A model generated the notes under the pieces. The model did no database searches, was not told the origin of the DNA, and saw only the letters and a program-made list of their open reading frames with translations. The position numbers and the translations under genes were made by a program. Of a stretch of 64,000 nucleotides of DNA, positions 28,618-37,965 are shown in pieces. Every line of letters begins with the position of its first letter. The first letter of the stretch is position 1. Origin of the DNA: an uncultured Acidobacteriota bacterium (GTDB lineage Bacteria > Acidobacteriota > Blastocatellia > RBC074); the NCBI GenBank assembly GCA_963743425.1, contig CAVUPU010000004.1, forward strand, positions 334,910-398,909, written 5' to 3'.

Positions 28618-30477
28618 ATGTATGTGGTTGGTGTGTTTTTCACAGTTCTGCTGGTAGTCTGCGTGCTGCTGCTGATTCTCGACTATATTCGCGTAGCTCG
28701 TCTGTACGGCGGATCCAAGCTCGTCGCCTTTAAGCAGATATTCTTCACCGTTCGCAAGAGCCAGAGCTGGTGGATTCTCTTCGTCGTCCCGCTCAGTGTA
28801 GCTGGAACTCTGTATATGTTAACAGATCCTTTATTCCGCGCTACAGTACCAGTCGAAATCGTAGTACCTGGCCTCCTGGCCGTCCCGATTTCGTCACTGC
28901 TGATCCGTCTTCGGCCACCTGCCGTCTTCTTCTTGGGAAGTTCGCAATATGGACAGCAGTTGTTTCGGTCGGTCAGATCGAAGGCGAAGGGGTACCGTGT
29001 CATCTCATTCCTACAACCCTCCCCCAATTTTGCTAGCGTGCTAGACCATATGATGGACGGTTATCGGACAGGCCGAAGTGTGGACTGGACGCAGATCGTA
29101 AGACCATTGGTGGAGACAATACCGCTTTTGGTCTTAGATACGCGCGATGATGATAGCTCCGGGGTCATAGAAGAAGCGCGTTGGCTGATTCAACCCCACC
29201 TGCGCAATCGGGTGCTCTTCGTCTCCACTGATACCGGAACCTTACCCGTTCTCGATGCAGTCGATAAGTCCATAACACGCTCCGACCTCCACATCACGAC
29301 TCCGCAAAACTGTGCCCAAGCCATCCGCGACCGGTTGCAAGCTATCGAAGTAGCAGCTTTGACCGAGGCCCCGCAGAAGCGTAATAAATCAATGGAGAGT
29401 GTCAGAAGATCATGGGATATAGGTAGCGTATTAGGCATACTCATCTTGTGCGCGTGTGGCGCCGGCATCGGTCTACTTTGTGGATTCATCGGATGCGCCG
29501 TATTCGTAGCGAAGTCTCCTGCTTCGTTCATGGCTCAAACGGAACTGTCGGGCACCGAGGCGCTGTCCCTCGTAGTGAGTGCATGTTTGGGCGCTATAGT
29601 ATCCGTGTGGTTCGGTGCTGGCGCGCACAATGGGGACTTCGGTTTCGGCGCAGCGCCGTTCAAAGCGCCATCGTCGTTGCTACGCGCCCACGGACGGTCT
29701 GTTTCACTCGGCGCCACCTATGGGGCTGGCGCCGGCGCTTTCGCATTTACCATCGTTTCATTGACGATGGCCCTCATGCTGATGAATGAGCCAAAGACGG
29801 CGCACTCTCTGTGGGCCAAATCGTCATACTGGGTTGTACTCTCGGAACTAGTTCTTGGCGTGGCGGGCGGGGCTCTTGTTGGCGGAGTTGTCGGCTGGCT
29901 CTTGTGGAGAGGCAACTCGCGGCACACCGTCAGATTCAACATTCCTCGCAATGAGTTAGTCAATGTCTCGTGGCTGCGTTTCGCCGGGGTCGGGACGGTG
30001 TACGGAGCTACGATGTTTGGTTTCTGCGTGTTGGCCTTCTGGCAATTCTTAGGGCCTATGAATGACGCAGGTGTAATCGCCGCCTCTGCTGGTGGTTTGT
30101 ACTTCTTATGCCTGGCACTCTTCATCCGTCGCCAATATGTCGTGTTCCTGTGTGAGGAATTCGATGCTGTCGGTTACGCGCGAATGCAGCAAGGGCTTGA
30201 TCCTGCTCCGGATAGCGACGAGCAGTTGGTAGAGGAATTCTTCGCCGCTCATGTTCGCACGAAGAAACGTGTAACTCGATGGGCGACCGGCGGCGGCATG
30301 CTGTGCGGAGCGGCGATCGGATTACGCCTAGGCATCTATGCCTCAGTTGTGCGCCTGGGTTCAACGGGCGGGAAGATGTGGTTTATGGTGATCATCGGCA
30401 CGTTGATAGGAGCCATTTTGGGATCCAGCATTGTCATACTTGGACCTCGCTTGAAAATCTCGGCGGCGGTCCAGTGA
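28618..30477 (+). CDS. hypothetical polytopic membrane protein (3 N-terminal TM, about 220-aa cytosolic alpha/beta-like insert, about 8 Gly-zipper-rich C-terminal TM)
   Basis: The ORF is 28492-30477 and the likely start is MYVVGVFFTV. The region has lower GC than its flanks. No family was recognised. Confidence 0.5.
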   Translation: MYVVGVFFTVLLVVCVLLLILDYIRVARLYGGSKLVAFKQIFFTVRKSQSWWILFVVPLSVAGTLYMLTDPLFRATVPVEIVVPGLLAVPISSLLIRLRPPAVFFLGSSQYGQQLFRSVRSKAKGYRVISFLQPSPNFASVLDHMMDGYRTGRSVDWTQIVRPLVETIPLLVLDTRDDDSSGVIEEARWLIQPHLRNRVLFVSTDTGTLPVLDAVDKSITRSDLHITTPQNCAQAIRDRLQAIEVAALTEAPQKRNKSMESVRRSWDIGSVLGILILCACGAGIGLLCGFIGCAVFVAKSPASFMAQTELSGTEALSLVVSACLGAIVSVWFGAGAHNGDFGFGAAPFKAPSSLLRAHGRSVSLGATYGAGAGAFAFTIVSLTMALMLMNEPKTAHSLWAKSSYWVVLSELVLGVAGGALVGGVVGWLLWRGNSRHTVRFNIPRNELVNVSWLRFAGVGTVYGATMFGFCVLAFWQFLGPMNDAGVIAASAGGLYFLCLALFIRRQYVVFLCEEFDAVGYARMQQGLDPAPDSDEQLVEEFFAAHVRTKKRVTRWATGGGMLCGAAIGLRLGIYASVVRLGSTGGKMWFMVIIGTLIGAILGSSIVILGPRLKISAAVQ

Positions 30478-30532
30478 TCTTGAGAGGAATCATTGGTAGT
30501 TGCTGGAAACGTGGCTGATTCACTTGTACCCG

Positions 30533-30826
30533 TTAACGACCTGGCGCCTGCATAGACCACATCAGATACATACCGACGACGCCCCCGCGAGAGAAATGGC
30601 GGTCACTATCTTGACACTGGTTGGCGATGTGAACACTGCCTGACAACACCCCGACGCCCATCACAATCCAGGACAGACAACCGAAGAAGAGATAGCCCTT
30701 GAAGATTTTCTCGTATCCCTCTTCCAATTCAGGATGTTCAGTGATCAATTTTCTCGCCCCGCGCCTCAACATGTAAGCATTCAACACTGTGGCGATGAGC
30801 GCCAAGAGCCAAAAAATCTTGCCCAT
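30533..30826 (-). CDS. small membrane protein (2 TM), hypothetical
   Basis: 97-aa ORF with two hydrophobic helices. It lies in the same lower-GC stretch. Confidence 0.3.
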   Translation of the reverse strand: MGKIFWLLALIATVLNAYMLRRGARKLITEHPELEEGYEKIFKGYLFFGCLSWIVMGVGVLSGSVHIANQCQDSDRHFSRGGVVGMYLMWSMQAPGR

Positions 30827-30893
30827 AACCGCCTTACTTCAGGTTTTATTCGGCCAGCCGCCTTGAGGTAAGCGGCTGGCCGAACGAGTTGTT

Positions 30894-33107
30894 CTACTGC
30901 CACTGCTTCACCGCTCCATTCACCTGCGCATCGGGGTTTTGCCCAACCTTCATCTGATCGCGAAACAGATTGAGCAGGAGCAGCGTGCCCAGGCCGCCGC
31001 CGGCGGCGTCGCTGTTACCACCCGTGGCCAGGACGTCAGGCGTGATGCGCACGCCTTTTTCACCGATCACCTTAAGCGTTTCGACCAACGCGACGCCTTG
31101 CGGGCCGAGCGCATTGACCTGTTCGCGGTAAGCCACGCCCTGCGCTTCACCCATCAGGCGGACCTTCTCGGCTTCGGCCTTACCCGTTTGCAGGATGTAA
31201 TGCGACTCGCCGTCGGCTTCGGCCTTGCGCTGTTCGGCGCGCCGGCTGGAGATTTCGACGCCCACCGTCGCCGCCATCAAGTCTTTCTGGTTGTCGGCTT
31301 TCGCGCGGGTCTTTTCCAGCTCGATGCGGTTCTGTTCCGCCTCCCGCTGAGCGTTGTACATGCTTTGCCGCTGCTCGGCCAGAATCTTCTCAGTCTGCGT
31401 CTTCATCAGATCCTCAGGCAGGCGGATGTGGCAGATCAGCACGTTGACCACGTCCACGTGGTATTTCAGCAAGTGCACGCGCACGCGGGCTTCCGCGCGT
31501 TCCTGCTCTTCGTGGCGATTCTGCAGATAAGCCATCGCCGAAGATTCCGAAGCCTGGTTGCGGAAGATCGAATCAATCAGCGGGTGCATCACGTTTTGAA
31601 TCAGCCGATCAATCGAACCGATCTTGGCGACCATAAACGGCGCGTCTTCTGGTCTGACGCGGAAGACCACGCGGACCTCGAGCTGCATAGTAAAGCCGTC
31701 TTTAGAGATCACCTCGAACGGATTGAATGTGTCGACCAATTGTTCAGATGTCCATTCGACCGTCTGGTTCGTCGTCGGAATGATCACCGGCGTGACGGCC
31801 AGCGTGTTGACGTAATAGCGTCCGGGGCCGACCACCAACTCCTGAATGCCGCGATACCCGTCGGGCACGACGTAGGCTTCATGCGCGCCCGCGTCCAGTC
31901 GAGAGTCAGCCGGGTCGCTCAGCCCCAGCTCTTCTTCCAACTGAAGGATGTCATCGCCCACCTTTCCGTCCACCTTGTCCAGATGCGCCGCGGCCATCGC
32001 CAATTGCTCCCGCTCTTCGCGTTCCAGCTTCTCGCGCACCTTCTCGGCCATCGCGCGACGAATATCTTCGGTCGGATCTTTGCCCACGTTCGAGACGATC
32101 ACCGCGACTTCACCCGGTTTGATCTCACCCGCCTTTTCAGGGATCACTTTGAACAGATGCGGGTTGACGTAATAGGTCCCGGGCAGCAGCAGGTCTTTCT
32201 GTGGGCCGCGCTGGCCGCCGCGATTGATGAACCCGTCTCCGGTCTGGAAGTTGTTGTGGCCCTGCACCGACGCCGCGACGTAATCGCGCGGATTGAGCGG
32301 CGCTCCGTCCAGGGCTTCTACGAGGCCAACCTGGTTCTCGTTGATGACCGTCGCGTCGAACAGATAAACCGTGAACAATCCGGGTTTGACCGAATTGTCT
32401 TCCATCGAGACTGAGTCTCTCAGGATGCGGTACACGCCGGGCGTCAGGATCTCTATCTGTGGACCTTTCTGGCCGCCGGAGGCGATGAACTGCTCGGAGT
32501 CCTGGAAACTGCGGTGCCCGGTCGTGGCTTTACCGATCAAACGGCCTTCGTCCAACGGCGCGCCGTCGGCCGCCGCCACGACGCCGACCTTGCCTTGCGG
32601 AACCATGGTCGCCTTGGTGATCGAGACGCGGAACAGGTACGGGTGGATCGGCCACAAGCCCGGAGGCAGCGTCCGCATCTGGATGCCTTTTACGCCGCCC
32701 TGTTTGATAAACGCGATCGGGTCCTGAAAGTTGTTGTGCGCGTTCTGCGCGCGATCTGGCGCGAAGATTCTGCCCGGCGGCAGCGGTTCGCCGTCAATGG
32801 CTTCGATCACGCCCATCTCGTCGGGGCCGATTTCGATCAGTGGAACTTTCTTCACCAGGCCTTCTAAAGGCCATTTGATGAAGTGCAGTCCGGGCTTCAG
32901 CACATCGGCCTGGATGCCGACCTCGCCTTCGATGGCGACCACGCGGCCCGGCGGCATCCTCGACCCGAAGTAGCGGCGCTCTTTGATCGCAATCTCCTTT
33001 GCGCCGATGTTGACCAGAAATTTGGTCAGCAGGAGCAGCAAAGCGAATAGTCCGAAGATCGCCACAATGTATGTCACGGGCGAAAGGAGTAAATCTGTGT
33101 CGTTCAT
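30894..33107 (-). CDS. flotillin family (SPFH/band 7) protein with a triplicated about 50-75-aa insertion
   Basis: N-terminal TM, an SPFH core, and a flotillin C-terminus rich in EA repeats (KAEAEKVRLMGEAQGVAYREQ). Three tandem units of the form [AE]xDGxPL...NNFQD..FIxxGGxKGxQ..LxPG are present. The start is taken at MNDTDLLL. Confidence 0.8.
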   Translation of the reverse strand: MNDTDLLLSPVTYIVAIFGLFALLLLLTKFLVNIGAKEIAIKERRYFGSRMPPGRVVAIEGEVGIQADVLKPGLHFIKWPLEGLVKKVPLIEIGPDEMGVIEAIDGEPLPPGRIFAPDRAQNAHNNFQDPIAFIKQGGVKGIQMRTLPPGLWPIHPYLFRVSITKATMVPQGKVGVVAAADGAPLDEGRLIGKATTGHRSFQDSEQFIASGGQKGPQIEILTPGVYRILRDSVSMEDNSVKPGLFTVYLFDATVINENQVGLVEALDGAPLNPRDYVAASVQGHNNFQTGDGFINRGGQRGPQKDLLLPGTYYVNPHLFKVIPEKAGEIKPGEVAVIVSNVGKDPTEDIRRAMAEKVREKLEREEREQLAMAAAHLDKVDGKVGDDILQLEEELGLSDPADSRLDAGAHEAYVVPDGYRGIQELVVGPGRYYVNTLAVTPVIIPTTNQTVEWTSEQLVDTFNPFEVISKDGFTMQLEVRVVFRVRPEDAPFMVAKIGSIDRLIQNVMHPLIDSIFRNQASESSAMAYLQNRHEEQERAEARVRVHLLKYHVDVVNVLICHIRLPEDLMKTQTEKILAEQRQSMYNAQREAEQNRIELEKTRAKADNQKDLMAATVGVEISSRRAEQRKAEADGESHYILQTGKAEAEKVRLMGEAQGVAYREQVNALGPQGVALVETLKVIGEKGVRITPDVLATGGNSDAAGGGLGTLLLLNLFRDQMKVGQNPDAQVNGAVKQWQ

Positions 33108-33126
33108 ATGTAGTCCTTTGCTACTA

Positions 33127-33206
33127 GCGGAATATTGTAGGGGCAGACCTGCGTGTCTGCCCCGGATTGGGTTTATACGCAACCACCGGGGCCCCACACG
33201 CAGGTC
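33127..33206. repeat. palindromic hairpin element, family H (GTAGGGGCAGACCTGCGTGTCTGCCCCGG ... CCGGGGCCCCACACGCAGGTCTGCCCCTAC)
   Basis: 29-nt arms lying upstream of the flotillin gene. Confidence 0.8.
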
Positions 33207-33233
33207 TGCCCCTACGAAGATTTGCAAAACGCT

Positions 33234-33935
33234 CTAGGCTTCTGAGCGCCGAGACGCCGCCGCTAGTTCACGGCGAACATCGACGATCAGTCGTTTGAGA
33301 AGAAAACCTGATCCGGAACTCCTCACTTCGGCCTCGATCAACCAGTAGGCGCTCTCGACCGTCGCGAGGAAATCTTCGGCTGAAACTCGCGTCAAACGTC
33401 CCTCGCTGAAAAGCCTCGACGCGACCTCCACCGCGCGTTTGAAAACCGCCGCGTCATCGCTCAATGCGGCCAGATAAAGCGCGCAAACAAGCGAACTCTG
33501 ATCGGGCGCCTCGCTCAATCGTTCGATCATCATTGCGGCGAATTCGCCGCTCGAACGCAGCGTGCGGCTGTCAACGATGTATTCCGCGATCGAGCGCATC
33601 GCCTCTTCATCGCCTTCGGCCCGCGCGACGAGCGTTTGCAATATTTCGCGATAGAACGCGGCGTCGCCGTATTCGCGCGCCTCGTCCAGCGCGGTCTTGT
33701 CGCCTTCGGCGACGCGTTGAAGCAACCGGCGGCGCTTTTCCTGGTCGCGTCGCTCCGCTTCAGCCTGCGCTGGCAGTTTCATCTCTTCGGCGCGTTGTTC
33801 GGCGAACAATCCATCGAAGCTGCGTGGTTCGGGAAAAAAATCGGGTTCTTTCGGCGACGTCCGGCGCTTCCAGCGATGAAGCGCGAAGGCGGCGACCGCG
33901 AGCAGGAGAATCGAAATGAATAATATGGTGTCCAT
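33234..33935 (-). CDS. membrane-anchored hypothetical protein (N-terminal TM, Glu/Arg-rich coiled region), upstream partner of the flotillin gene
   Basis: 233 aa. It is not NfeD-like. Confidence 0.45.
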   Translation of the reverse strand: MDTILFISILLLAVAAFALHRWKRRTSPKEPDFFPEPRSFDGLFAEQRAEEMKLPAQAEAERRDQEKRRRLLQRVAEGDKTALDEAREYGDAAFYREILQTLVARAEGDEEAMRSIAEYIVDSRTLRSSGEFAAMMIERLSEAPDQSSLVCALYLAALSDDAAVFKRAVEVASRLFSEGRLTRVSAEDFLATVESAYWLIEAEVRSSGSGFLLKRLIVDVRRELAAASRRSEA

Positions 33936-34095
33936 CGTCTAACGCCTCGCAACAGCCGATGAGCGATTGGCCGGTCTCTACAGCGGGCGTCTTCCTTGAT
34001 GACATACGCGAAGCCGACTTGCGAAGTTCTAAAAACAGGCGAAGGCGGGAAAACTTAACACGGTCTTGATGACGTTGAGCGCCCGGAGCTGACCT

Positions 34096-34326
34096 TTGAT
34101 TGTCAGGCGTCAGTTTGACGGCTTGACGATATTCTCTCATGCCGATGTAAAAGCTGTTTTCCCACACGCTGATGCAGCTTATGATTGCACGGTCTTCAAC
34201 ATCGGTGGTAACAAATATCGTCTGATCGTGGAGATCAAATACGGCAAGCAGGTGATTTATGTTAAACACGTTCTCACGCACAAAGACTACGACAAAGGCG
34301 CGTGGAAAAAAGACTGCGGCGGTTAA
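34096..34326 (+). CDS. higB: HigB-like toxin (RelE/ParE superfamily), N-terminally short
   Basis: FNIGGNKYRLIVEIKYGKQVIYVKHVLTHKDYDK aligns with the C-terminal two-thirds of E. coli HigB. TTG start. An in-frame TGA 9 nt upstream removes the usual N-terminal helices. Confidence 0.6.
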   Translation: MIVRRQFDGLTIFSHADVKAVFPHADAAYDCTVFNIGGNKYRLIVEIKYGKQVIYVKHVLTHKDYDKGAWKKDCGG

Positions 34327-34711
34327 ATTCAACAAGGCAAAATATCGCAAGCTGGTCGCCGAGGCGGCGCCTGCCATTGTCGAGACTGAAGCCGAGAATG
34401 AACGCTTGCTCGCCATCATCGAACCGATGATGAGCCGTGAGTTGACGCCGGAAGAAGAGAAGCTTTTCGACCTGCTGGTCAAATTGGTCGAAGACTTCGA
34501 GGAGCGTCATTACCCGATGGGGGAAAGCTCGCCGACCGAAATGTTAAAGTTTCTGATGGAGCAAAGAGGTTTGCGACAGCGCGACATCGTTCATCTCTTC
34601 GGATCGAGCGGCGTCGCTTCCGAGGTCATCAATGGCAAACGCGCCATCAGCAAGAATCAGGCAAAGGCGCTCGCTGAATTTTTCCGTGTTTCGCCCGAGC
34701 TGTTCATCTAA
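34259..34711 (+). CDS. higA: HigA family antitoxin (HTH_XRE)
   Basis: LFDLLVKLVEDFEERHYPM...EMLKFLMEQRGLRQRDIVHLFGSSGVASEVINGKRAISKNQAKALAEFF is canonical HigA/COG5499. It overlaps higB by 67 nt. Confidence 0.7.
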   Translation: MLNTFSRTKTTTKARGKKTAAVKFNKAKYRKLVAEAAPAIVETEAENERLLAIIEPMMSRELTPEEEKLFDLLVKLVEDFEERHYPMGESSPTEMLKFLMEQRGLRQRDIVHLFGSSGVASEVINGKRAISKNQAKALAEFFRVSPELFI

Positions 34712-34714
34712 CAT

Positions 34715-36034
34715 ATGAAAACTCGCATCGCTTTATTTTTGATCCTGCCCGCCTTCTTGTTGGCGCAATCAAAGCGCGATCGTCAACCCGAGCCCCTGGT
34801 GTTGGCTCACGTCACGGTCATTGATGTGACTGGCGGAGCTCCTAAGCCGGATATGACCGTTGTGATCACAGGCGATCGCATCTCTGAGGTTGGAGAGGCC
34901 GGCAAGGTAGTTGCGGCGCCGGGCGCGACAGTCGTGGACGCCGCAGGCAAGTTCTTGATTCCCGGCCTGTGGGACATGCATGTACACTGGTATATCAGAG
35001 ACACATTTACGCTCTTCATAGCCAATGGCGTGACCGGCGTCCGCGAAATGTTCGGCAATTCTGATCTGCTGCGATGGCGCGAGGATATCGCCAAAGGCTC
35101 GTTGGTAGGGCCGCGCATGATAGTAGCCAGTCCCATCATTGATGGGCCGCAACCCGTATGGCCTAATTCGATTGTGGCGCGCAACGAGGACGAAGGGCGA
35201 AAGGCAGTCAGAAAGGTGAAGCAGTGGGGCGCGGACTTCGTGAAGGTTTATTCGCTGCTGCCGCGGGAGGCTTACTTCGCTATTGCTGATGAAGCTAAGC
35301 GGCAAGGTATAAGCTTTGCCGGCCATGTGCCCTCTTCGGTGTCTCCGGCGGAAGCTTCCGACGCCGGGCAGAAAAGCATCGAGCATCTGACCGGGATGCG
35401 CGCCCGCGCTGAAGCGATAGCTCTTGAAACCTACAACGACCGAAAAGCCTCGGAGTTATTTGCGCGCTTCGTGAAGAACGAAACCTGGCAGTGTCCGACG
35501 CTGACGGTGTTGAGTGGCAAGGCCTTTTTCGGGGACGAGAACTTCCTGAGAGACCGGCGGCTCAAATTTATACCGCCTCGGATAAAGGAGAGATGGAGCC
35601 AGCGGATCGCCAATCGAAACGAAGCGAATTACGCCAACGCGAAAAAGGTTTTTCAGAAAGAACTGGAAATCGTAGGCGCAATGCGGAAGGCCGGCGTGCA
35701 GTTGTTGGCCGGGACGGACACGGGGAATCCATTTTGTTTCCCGGGATTCAGCATCCACGACGAACTGGCGCTGTTGGTCATTGCCGGACTAACCCCGGTT
35801 GAAGCATTGCGATCCGCCACTCTCAACCCGGCGAAGTTTTTGGGTTTAGACAAGACACTGGGAACGATTGAGCAGGGGAAAGTCGCCGACCTGGTATTGC
35901 TCGACGCCAATCCGCTTGAAGAGGTTCGAAACACTCAGAGAATCATTGCGGTGATATCGAACGGGCGATTATTCGATCGAAAGGCGTTGAATAAGATGCT
36001 CGATCAAGCCGAAGCAGCGGCAAACCGGCCATAG
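34715..36034 (+). CDS. amidohydrolase family protein, secreted
   Basis: Signal peptide. LIPGLWDMHVHW carries the metal-binding HxH motif, and the C-terminal amidohydrolase motifs follow (GTDTGNP...HDEL). Confidence 0.85.
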   Translation: MKTRIALFLILPAFLLAQSKRDRQPEPLVLAHVTVIDVTGGAPKPDMTVVITGDRISEVGEAGKVVAAPGATVVDAAGKFLIPGLWDMHVHWYIRDTFTLFIANGVTGVREMFGNSDLLRWREDIAKGSLVGPRMIVASPIIDGPQPVWPNSIVARNEDEGRKAVRKVKQWGADFVKVYSLLPREAYFAIADEAKRQGISFAGHVPSSVSPAEASDAGQKSIEHLTGMRARAEAIALETYNDRKASELFARFVKNETWQCPTLTVLSGKAFFGDENFLRDRRLKFIPPRIKERWSQRIANRNEANYANAKKVFQKELEIVGAMRKAGVQLLAGTDTGNPFCFPGFSIHDELALLVIAGLTPVEALRSATLNPAKFLGLDKTLGTIEQGKVADLVLLDANPLEEVRNTQRIIAVISNGRLFDRKALNKMLDQAEAAANRP

Positions 36035-36082
36035 AAGGCGCTCGCTGAATTTTTCCGCGTCTTAGCCGAGCTGTTCATCTGA
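36035..36082. repeat. 48-bp imperfect direct repeat of the higA 3' end (matches 34663-34711 with 5 mismatches)
   Basis: AAGGCGCTCGCTGAATTTTTCCG[T/C]GT[T/C]T[C/T][G/A]GCCGAGCTGTTCATCT[A/G]A occurs immediately before and immediately after the amidohydrolase gene. Confidence 0.85.
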
Positions 36083-36102
36083 CGTCCGAACGGTTTGTCG
36101 AG

Positions 36103-36729
36103 TCAGGATTTGGTTGCCGGCGTTCCGGCCAAACGCCGCTCGGTCAATGAAGGCATGAATTTGTTCAAAACGCGATAGCCGAGCAAAACGGCTAACGCCA
36201 CTCCGAACGCCAGCGGAATCCGCGTGTCAGCCTTGACCAGCAGGTAGTAATGAATCACGCCTGAGATCGCCGCAACGTAAGCCAGCTTGTGCAAGCGATT
36301 CCACCGCCGCCCGCCCAAACGTTTGACCATCTTGTTGGTTGAAGTGATCGCCAGCGGAACCAGGACGAGGAACGCGAACATCCCGAGAAAGATAAAAGGC
36401 CGGTTGAGCGTGTCTTCAATGATGGCGCCGAGTTTGAACGCTTTGTCGAACCACGTGTAAGCAAGCAGGTGCAGGCAACCGTAGAAAAACGCGAACAGAC
36501 CGAGCATCCGCCTGAGTTGGATCAGCCACGGCAATCCCAGCGCCTTTCTGAGCGGCGTAACGGACAGCGAGAGACAGAGAAAGACCAGCGCCAGGGTTCC
36601 CGTCGTGTGAAGAACGAATTCCTGCGGATTCGCGCCCAGCCTGTGATGATAAGCGTCCCAACCGAGCAGGGCGCACGGAACCGCGCTGTTCACAAAGACC
36701 AGGAGCTTTGAAAATTTGATGTCAGGCAT
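36103..36729 (-). CDS. msrQ: protein-methionine-sulfoxide reductase heme-binding subunit
   Basis: 208 aa with 6 TM helices and His ligands in the FAFFYGCLHLLAY / ISGVIHYY context typical of YedZ. Confidence 0.85.
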   Translation of the reverse strand: MPDIKFSKLLVFVNSAVPCALLGWDAYHHRLGANPQEFVLHTTGTLALVFLCLSLSVTPLRKALGLPWLIQLRRMLGLFAFFYGCLHLLAYTWFDKAFKLGAIIEDTLNRPFIFLGMFAFLVLVPLAITSTNKMVKRLGGRRWNRLHKLAYVAAISGVIHYYLLVKADTRIPLAFGVALAVLLGYRVLNKFMPSLTERRLAGTPATKS

Positions 36730-36733
36730 AAAT

Positions 36734-36820
36734 TGGTGGCTGGTGGCTGGTGGTTGGTGGTTGGTGGTTATTCGCGAATACGTATCTCAACCTACCACCA
36801 ACAACTAACCACCAACCATC
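36734..36820. repeat. imperfect palindromic element, family F (TGGTGG(C/T) hexamer arms)
   Basis: TGGTGGCTGGTGGCTGGTGGTTGGTGGTTGGTGGTTA ... CCTACCACCAACAACTAACCACCAACCA lies between msrP and msrQ. Confidence 0.7.
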
Positions 36821-36821
36821 A

Positions 36822-37790
36822 TTAATAATTCACATTCAAATCCATTCCCGAATACAAATGCGCGACCTGATCGGCGTAGCCGTTAAATATGAGCGTGTCG
36901 CGCCGCCCCCACTCTCCGATGCGACGTTCGGTCGCCTGGCTATAGCGCGGGTGCGAAACATCCGGATTGACATTCGAATAGAAGCCATATGCCTCAGGCC
37001 AGGCAACGTTCCAGGACGTTGGCGGCTGTTCGTCAGTGAGCGCGATCTTGACGATTGATTTGATGCTCTTGAATCCGTACTTCCACGGCGCGACCAGGCG
37101 AATCGGCGCGCCGTTTTGTGGCAAAAGCATTTTGCCGTACAGCCCGGCGGCGAGGATCGTCAGCGGATGCATGGCCTCGTCCAGCCGCAAACCTTCGACG
37201 TAGGGCCACGTCAGCTCGTCGCTGCGCTGGTTCGGCATCCGCCGTGGGTCGAAGAGCGTAGTAAAAGCTACGTATTTCGCCGATCCCGTCGGCTCGACCT
37301 CGTCTAGCAGTCGTCTGAGCGGGAAGCCCAGCCACGGGATGATCATCGACCACGCCTCGACGCAGCGGAAGCGGTAGACGCGGTCTTCGAGCGGCGCGAG
37401 CTTGATCAACTCATCGATGTCGAACGTCTTCGGTTTGTGAACCATTCCGCCGACCTCGACGGTCCACGGGCGCGTGACGAAATTCTTCGCCATAGGCGCG
37501 ACGCCATCTTTGCGCGTCGAGAATTCGTAGAAGTTGTTGTAATTGGTGATGTCCTCGAAGGAGGTCGCTTTCTCGCCCGACGGAGTGACGTAACCGCTGA
37601 CGGGATCGACTTGCGCCACGTCGGTCTTCGGCGGCGGCTGATTCGGCGTCGCGAGCTTCCGGTAGAGCAATCCCGTCGCAGTCGCAGTCGCCGCAAGCGC
37701 GGCGCCGCGAATGAACATGCGGCGGTTCTGGAAATGTTTCTCGTCGGTAATCTCGCTGCTCTTGATGTCGTCAGATTTTTTGATCAGCAT
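36822..37790 (-). CDS. msrP: protein-methionine-sulfoxide reductase catalytic subunit (Mo-molybdopterin, sulfite-oxidase family)
   Basis: TAT signal ([16 protein letters not shown]) and the conserved YedY core (NNFYEFS..., [17 protein letters not shown]). The start is taken at MLIKKSDD. Confidence 0.9.
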   Translation of the reverse strand: MLIKKSDDIKSSEITDEKHFQNRRMFIRGAALAATATATGLLYRKLATPNQPPPKTDVAQVDPVSGYVTPSGEKATSFEDITNYNNFYEFSTRKDGVAPMAKNFVTRPWTVEVGGMVHKPKTFDIDELIKLAPLEDRVYRFRCVEAWSMIIPWLGFPLRRLLDEVEPTGSAKYVAFTTLFDPRRMPNQRSDELTWPYVEGLRLDEAMHPLTILAAGLYGKMLLPQNGAPIRLVAPWKYGFKSIKSIVKIALTDEQPPTSWNVAWPEAYGFYSNVNPDVSHPRYSQATERRIGEWGRRDTLIFNGYADQVAHLYSGMDLNVNY

Positions 37791-37965
37791 GGTTTCACCT
37801 CGGATGGGAGTCTTAATCAGCGCGCGACAATTATCGCACATACCCCCCACTATCAATGAATGCGGAAACGCTGAGATTTTATTCCCCTGGCCTGCCAGAC
37901 CTTTCCCGGTCTGCGCGTCCTTCAGGCTATAATCGCCGACACATTCTGGCCCTTCGGTGGAGCGC

